From positions 122,284 through 186,283 of the forward strand of contig JAXLYI010000006.1 in the NCBI GenBank assembly GCA_046351555.1: a stretch of DNA of 64,000 bases, in the 5' to 3' direction. The DNA is from Polyangiales bacterium. GTDB taxonomy: Bacteria; Myxococcota_A; Polyangia; Polyangiales; Ga0077539. This document shows, one piece after another, positions 58,803 through 64,000 of this stretch; the first letter of the stretch is position 1, and each line of letters begins with the position of its first letter. Both the position numbers and the translations under genes were made by a program. The notes under the pieces are model-generated. The model was not told the origin of the DNA and ran no database searches. It saw only the letters and a program-made list of their open reading frames with translations.

Positions 58803-61741
58803 TGTCGGGCACGGTGAAAGTCTACGAGATCGCCGAGGAGCTCAAGCTGGATACGGAGCTCGTGCTTCAGAAGATCCTGGCGCTCGGCATTCAGGCGAAG
58901 AACAAGATGTCGAAGGTCGACGCCGGCCTCGTCGACCAGATCAAGTCCTCCCTCGCGAAGGACCGGCAGGCGAGCTACGTCGAGGTCGAGGTGGCCCCCG
59001 GCGTGCGCAAGCTCAAGCGCGTGGAGCCGCCGCCCGCGGCGAAGCCCGCGCGGCCGATGGTCGTCGACCTCACCCCGAAGGCCGTGATCGCGCCGCCGCC
59101 GAAGCCCGCCGCCCCCGCGGCCCCCGCGCCCGTCGCCGAGAAGGCCCCGGAGCCTGCGGTCCAGGCGCGCCCGGCGGTGCCGGAGAAGGCCCCCGAGCCC
59201 GCCGCCCCGCCCGTCGCCGAGAAGGCCCCCGAGCCCGTCGCCCCGCCCGCGCCCGTCGCCGAGAAGGCCCCCGAGCCCGTGGCCCCGCCCGTCGTCGAGA
59301 AGGCCCCGGAGCCCGTCGCCCCGCCCGCGCCCGTCGCCGAGAAGGCCCCCGCGCCCGCGGCGGAGAAGGCCCCCGCGCCCGCGGCGGAGAAGCCCGGCAA
59401 GAAGCCCGGCAAGAAGCCCGCGGAGCCCGCCGCCCCGCCCGCCGCGGAGAAGGCCCCGGAGCCCGCGCCCGTGCCCGTGCCCGTCGCCGAGAAGGCCCCG
59501 GAGCCCGTCGCCCCGCCCGTCGCGGAGAAGGCCCCGGAGCCCGCGCCCGTGCCCGCGCCCGTCGTGGAGAAGGCCCCCGAGCCCGTCGCCCCGCCCGCGC
59601 CCGCGGCGGAGGAGCGGCCGGCGATCGTGCCGGCGGCGCCGAGGCCCCCGGCCGACATGCCGAAGCCCGAGGTGGTGGCGCAGGCGTCGCGGCCCTCGCA
59701 GCCGCCGCCGAAGCCCGACGCGCCCAAGCGCGGCATCGCGGTGTGGGACCAGGCCACCAAGCAGGTGATCTGGATGCCGAGCGACGTGCCCGCGGCGCGC
59801 CCCTCGACGCCGACGACGCCGACGACGCGCCGCCGCGAGGTGACGCCGGCGCCGCCGTCGCGCACGTCGAAGCCGGGCCCCCGCCCGATCACGCCCAACC
59901 GGCCGGGCCCGCACGGCCCGCGCGACCTGCGCGCCTCGACGCCGGCGCAGCAGCCGTCGACGGTGGACCCGAAGCGCCGCCCGGTGATCAAGATCGAGCA
60001 GCAGATCTCGCTGCAGGAGCTCGCGCGCCGGATGAACCTCAAGGCCACGGAGGTGCTGATGAAGCTCCTGCACGTGGGCGGCGCGGGGAAGAACATCAAC
60101 TCCACGCTCGACGCCGACACCGCGACGCTGCTCGCGAGCGAGTTCGGCTTCACCGTCGAGGACGTGAAGCTCGACACCGACGCGATCATCAAGAAGGCGC
60201 TGCCGCCGGACACGGTGCAGGACAGCTCGCCGCGCCCGCCGGTGGTGACGGTGATGGGCCACGTCGACCACGGCAAGACGACGCTGCTCGACGCGATCCT
60301 CGGGATGCGCGTGGCCGAGGGCGAGGCCGGCGGCATCACCCAGGAGGTGCGCGCCTACCGGGTGACGACGCCGAAGGGCCCCGTGGTGTTCTTCGACACG
60401 CCGGGCCACGAGGCCTTCACCGAGCTGCGGTCGCGCGGGGCGCAGGCCACCGACGTCGCGGTGCTGGTGGTGGCGGCGGACGACGGCGTGATGCCGACGA
60501 CCATCGAGGCGATCAACCACGTGAAGGCCGCGAAGGTGCCGATCGTGGTGGCGCTCAACAAGATGGACAAGCCCGACGCCAACCCCGACAAGGTGATCCG
60601 CGAGCTGATGGAGCAGGGCGTGGTGCCGTCGGAGTACGGCGGCGACACGCTGGTGGTGAAGGTGAGCGCCAAGCAGCGGCAGGGCATCGACGAGCTGCTC
60701 GAGACGCTGGCCTTCCAGACGGACTACCTCGGGCTCAAGGCCAACGCGAAGAAGGCCGGCGTGGGCACGGTGTTCGAGTCGAAGCTCGACAAGGGCCGCG
60801 GCGCGGTGGCGCGGGTGCTCGTGCAGGAGGGCATCATCCACAACGGTGATGTCGTGCTGGTGGGCTCGGCGGCGGGCGCCTCGTGGGGCCGCATCCGCGC
60901 GATGTTCGACGACCGCGGCAAGGCGATCGAGAAGGCGGGCCCGAGCACGCCGGTCGAGATCCTGGGCCTCAGCGACCCGCCGAACGCGGGCGACAAGATC
61001 TACGTCTGCGTCGACGCGCGCAAGGCGCAGGAGGCCGCCGAGCAGATCAAGGCGGCGGTGAAGAAGGCCCCGGGCCAGCGCGGCCCGCTGGACATCGGCG
61101 ACCTCATCCGCGCGGGCCAGAGCGAGAAGGTCACGATCCACGCGGTGATCAAGGCCGACGCGCAGGGCGCGGTGGAGGGCCTGAAGAAGGCGCTCACCGA
61201 GCTCAGCACGGACAAGGTGGAGGTGAAGGTGCTCCACGCCGCGGTCGGCGCGATCACGGAGACCGACGTGCAGCTCGCGGTGTCGGCGCGCGCGGTGATC
61301 ATCGGCTTCAACGTGCGCCCCGCGGGCAAGGCCGCGGCGCTCGCCGAGGAGCAGAAGATCGCGATGCGCTTCTACAACGTCATCTACGAGGCCGTGGACG
61401 ACGTGAAGCTGCTGATGGTGGGCCAGCTCAAGCCGACGCTGGTGGAGAAGGCGCTCGGCAAGGCCGAGGTGCGCCAGGTGTTCAACATCACCAAGGTCGG
61501 CACGATCGCGGGCTGCATGGTGCTCGACGGGCTGATCCGGCGCGGGGCGCAGATGCGGCTCGTGCGGGACGGGGCGCAGGTGTGGGAGGGCAAGATCGGG
61601 TCGGTGCGCCGCGTGAAGGAGGACGTCGCCGAGGTGAAGCAGGGCTTCGAGTGCGGCATCGGGCTGGAGAACACCCCCGCGATCAAGGCCGGCGACATCA
61701 TCGAGGCGTTCGAGACCGAGGAGGTCGCCGCGCGCCTGTGA
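58802..61741 (+). CDS. infB: translation initiation factor IF-2, with a Pro/Ala-rich tandem-repeat N-terminal region
   Basis: G-domain [24 protein letters not shown]; repeats ([14 protein letters not shown])n encoded at ~59150-59620; ATG overlaps the ylxR stop. Confidence 0.9.
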   Translation: MSGTVKVYEIAEELKLDTELVLQKILALGIQAKNKMSKVDAGLVDQIKSSLAKDRQASYVEVEVAPGVRKLKRVEPPPAAKPARPMVVDLTPKAVIAPPPKPAAPAAPAPVAEKAPEPAVQARPAVPEKAPEPAAPPVAEKAPEPVAPPAPVAEKAPEPVAPPVVEKAPEPVAPPAPVAEKAPAPAAEKAPAPAAEKPGKKPGKKPAEPAAPPAAEKAPEPAPVPVPVAEKAPEPVAPPVAEKAPEPAPVPAPVVEKAPEPVAPPAPAAEERPAIVPAAPRPPADMPKPEVVAQASRPSQPPPKPDAPKRGIAVWDQATKQVIWMPSDVPAARPSTPTTPTTRRREVTPAPPSRTSKPGPRPITPNRPGPHGPRDLRASTPAQQPSTVDPKRRPVIKIEQQISLQELARRMNLKATEVLMKLLHVGGAGKNINSTLDADTATLLASEFGFTVEDVKLDTDAIIKKALPPDTVQDSSPRPPVVTVMGHVDHGKTTLLDAILGMRVAEGEAGGITQEVRAYRVTTPKGPVVFFDTPGHEAFTELRSRGAQATDVAVLVVAADDGVMPTTIEAINHVKAAKVPIVVALNKMDKPDANPDKVIRELMEQGVVPSEYGGDTLVVKVSAKQRQGIDELLETLAFQTDYLGLKANAKKAGVGTVFESKLDKGRGAVARVLVQEGIIHNGDVVLVGSAAGASWGRIRAMFDDRGKAIEKAGPSTPVEILGLSDPPNAGDKIYVCVDARKAQEAAEQIKAAVKKAPGQRGPLDIGDLIRAGQSEKVTIHAVIKADAQGAVEGLKKALTELSTDKVEVKVLHAAVGAITETDVQLAVSARAVIIGFNVRPAGKAAALAEEQKIAMRFYNVIYEAVDDVKLLMVGQLKPTLVEKALGKAEVRQVFNITKVGTIAGCMVLDGLIRRGAQMRLVRDGAQVWEGKIGSVRRVKEDVAEVKQGFECGIGLENTPAIKAGDIIEAFETEEVAARL

Positions 61742-61784
61742 GCGCGGGGGCCGACGCACAACCCGAGACGAGGCACGGACGCGC

Positions 61785-62270
61785 ATGCAGCTCACGGGGA
61801 AGACCCGCTTTCAACTGGTCGACGAGGACGGCGAGGACCTCCCGGAGGCGTGGGAGTTCGACTGGTCGGGCCGCGACCCCTTCGACATCGTGGTGGCCGC
61901 GGTCACCGAGGTGTCGGGGCGGCCGTGGAAGTGGTCGGTGCGGAAGATCAGCTCGGGCAAGCTCTCGCCGCAGCGCTGTCAGGCCTTGTCGGCCCGGGTG
62001 GCCGGCGTGCTCCGCAAGGAGAACCGCGTCCGCGCGGCCGACTGCATCGCGCGGGTGGTGGGCGACGAGTTCACCCCGCGGCGCAAGGGGAAGATCGACG
62101 CGAAGGAGGTCCGCAAGCTCCTGGCGAAGCTCGACCCCGCGCTGCCCGAGGACGCCGACGAGCGCCCCGAGGTGCTGGCCGCGGTGATGCTCCGGCGCTT
62201 CCGCCGCGCGCTGCGCACGGCCGTCGACGTGGGTGCGGGCCTGCGCGTGTCTTGGCAGGTCGACGAGTGA
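61785..62270 (+). CDS. hypothetical protein
   Basis: ORF with normal composition between infB and the DUF503 gene. Confidence 0.4.
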   Translation: MQLTGKTRFQLVDEDGEDLPEAWEFDWSGRDPFDIVVAAVTEVSGRPWKWSVRKISSGKLSPQRCQALSARVAGVLRKENRVRAADCIARVVGDEFTPRRKGKIDAKEVRKLLAKLDPALPEDADERPEVLAAVMLRRFRRALRTAVDVGAGLRVSWQVDE

Positions 62271-62294
62271 CGGCCGCCCACTAGATATCCCCCC

Positions 62295-62645
62295 ATGGTG
62301 ATCGGACTGGTCCGCCTGCGCCTGCACATCCCCGCGGCGCACACCCTCAAAGACCGCCGCGCGGTGGTCCGCAAGGCCCTCGACAAGGTCCGCGCGCGCT
62401 TCCCGGTCTCGGCCGCGGAGGTGGGCGACACCGAGCGCTGGCAGATCGCCACGCTCGCGGCGGTGACGGTTTCGAACGACCGCACGGTGGCGCGCGAGGT
62501 GCTCGACAAGGTGACCTCGACGGTGGCCTCGGCGGTGGCGGGCAGCGCGGTGGTGCTGCGCCGCGAGGTGCGGGTCGACTCCTACAACGACGACGAGCCC
62601 GTGGGCGACGACGAGGAGGGCTTCGATGGCGACGGCGAAGCGTGA
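62295..62645 (+). CDS. DUF503 (YlxP-like) protein
   Basis: MVIGLVRLRLHIPAAHTLKDRRAVVRKALDKVRARF...; typical neighbour of rbfA. Confidence 0.6.
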   Translation: MVIGLVRLRLHIPAAHTLKDRRAVVRKALDKVRARFPVSAAEVGDTERWQIATLAAVTVSNDRTVAREVLDKVTSTVASAVAGSAVVLRREVRVDSYNDDEPVGDDEEGFDGDGEA

Positions 62646-63027
62646 GAGCCACCGGGCCGACCGGGTGGGCCAGCGGGTGCTGGAGGAGCTGGCGACGGCC
62701 CTCCGCAAGGACTACAGCGACCCGCGGCTCGCCGAGGTGGTGCTGTCGGCGGCGGAGGTGACGGGCGACCTGTCGATCGCGACGGTGCGCTTCGTGGTGA
62801 TCGGCGACGGCCCGAAGCGCGAGCGCGCGAAGGCGGCGCTGAAGGTGCTGACCCGCGCGGCGCCGGGGCTGCGTTCGAAACTCGGCGCGGCGCTCGGGGT
62901 GCGGCGGACGCCGGAGCTGCGCTTCGCGGTGGACGAGGGGCGCGAGGAGGTCGCGAAGCTCGACGCCCTCCTCGACGAGGTGAACCGCGAGCTCCGCGAC
63001 AGCGCGAAGAAGCGCGACGGGGAGTAG
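62626..63027 (+). CDS. rbfA: ribosome-binding factor A
   Basis: RVGQRVLEELATAL...PELRFAVDEG RbfA motifs. Confidence 0.8.
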   Translation: MATAKRESHRADRVGQRVLEELATALRKDYSDPRLAEVVLSAAEVTGDLSIATVRFVVIGDGPKRERAKAALKVLTRAAPGLRSKLGAALGVRRTPELRFAVDEGREEVAKLDALLDEVNRELRDSAKKRDGE

Positions 63028-63036
63028 CGCCCGCCG

Positions 63037-64000
<964 letters not shown>

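Overview
High-GC (~70%) bacterial chromosomal window; the gene content looks myxobacterial-like (histone-like KA-rich tails, many secreted vWA/Cys-rich proteins). Reading is complicated by many long spurious ORFs on the non-coding strand.

Main features:

(1) tRNA-Phe(GAA) at 481-553, followed by a ~12-kb integrated island (554-12602). The island is bounded by a 22-bp direct repeat of the tRNA 3' end (attL 533-554, attR 12581-12602). It carries a frameshifted tyrosine integrase, an IS21-family element (~8369-10847; istA frameshifted, istB intact) inserted into the 3' end of an ISKra4-like transposase gene, and a cargo of uncharacterised genes (two divergent operons, including tandem Arch_ATPase/AAA+-like P-loop NTPases).

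(2) Core genes: SDR fusion, DUF2330-like secreted protein, agmatine deiminase family, enoyl-CoA hydratase, dinB, rlmH, rsfS, tsaD, DHH phosphoesterase, aldo/keto reductase, imuA-imuB, HCCA isomerase, P450, saccharopine dehydrogenase, dimethylglycine-dehydrogenase-like FAD/GcvT fusion.

(3) A second accessory 'defence islet' (34429-44841) between core genes: a complete type I R-M operon hsdM-hsdS-hsdR (translationally coupled); a 327-bp MITE-like inverted-repeat element; and a two-gene ABC/AAA_21-type ATPase plus small PIN-like/Cys-rich partner (GTGA-coupled). The two-gene module is a candidate Abi/Septu/PARIS-like system of unclear family.

(4) esterase, GCS2-CBS ligase, AstE/AspA-family gene; a ~618-bp perfect-arm palindrome between convergent genes; a Zn-ribbon pseudokinase + vWA + PanE-like cluster; a vWA lipoprotein with tandem repeats; amidase; then the conserved rimP-nusA-ylxR-infB-DUF503-rbfA operon and a partial thiC.

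No CRISPR array or rRNA found.
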